From Octopus sinensis (lineage: Eukaryota): DNA of 64,000 bases. The stretch is taken from contig NC_043018.1 in NCBI RefSeq assembly GCF_006345805.1, positions 8,184,001-8,248,000 of the forward strand, in the 5' to 3' direction. Position 1 is the first letter of the stretch. Each line of letters begins with the position of its first letter. Positions 63,716 through 64,000 of this stretch are shown here, piece by piece. A model generated the notes under the pieces. That model saw only the letters and a list, made by a program, of their open reading frames with translations, did no database searches and was not told the origin of the DNA. The position numbers and the translations under genes are program-made.

Positions 63716-64000
63716 AAACTTTTAAAAAATATGTCTCTGGCCTTTTCAGAGAGATGGGTCTGAAACATGTTACTCACACACACACACACAAAGCAAATCT
63801 TTCTCAAGACCACAAGGATCATAGATTTATACAGCCAGGTTCCCATAACTTTTAGTGGATGTAAATCAAAGCCCCACCTGGATAGGAGATGGTGGTCTAT
63901 GACATGTTTTTCTAGTGGAGAGCATTGAACTTGGCACTTGAAGCCGACCACCAACACGTTCATCAGTTCTCTAGTGTTGCCACTGTTTACAGCAGTGACA

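Noticed and set aside
63613-64000. Minus-strand open frame running off the window end
   Set aside because: No recognisable domain, and it runs into microsatellites. It could be the 3' end of a neighbouring gene but cannot be supported here.

Overview
Repeat-dense, AT-rich eukaryotic genomic DNA with spliceosomal GT-AG introns. The repeat families and microsatellite load suggest an octopus or other coleoid cephalopod (inference). It contains three spliced host genes: (1) the last three exons of a cytochrome P450 (+, 358-3645); (2) a THAP zinc-finger gene with a DHSY HCF-1-binding-type motif and a C-terminal CxxC...CxxGH motif (-, 18936-11055); (3) head-to-head with it, a complete p24-alpha cargo receptor gene (TMED4/TMED9-like, +, 19619-53502). 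The best finding is that the TMED gene carries two intact paralogous copies of GOLD-domain exon 2 (31436-31551 and 33336-33451). Both are 116 nt with the same phases, so only transcripts with exactly one copy stay in frame, which predicts mutually exclusive splicing into two lumenal-domain isoforms. Nearby are candidate RNA pairing elements and a candidate 9-nt microexon. The rest is SINEs, RTE and R4-like LINE ends, Tc1/mariner relics, piggyBac/hAT/Merlin-type MITEs, Helitrons, long palindromes, hammerhead-like relics and micro/minisatellites. Most ORFs in the supplied track are repeat artefacts. All calls were made by eye, without database searches.
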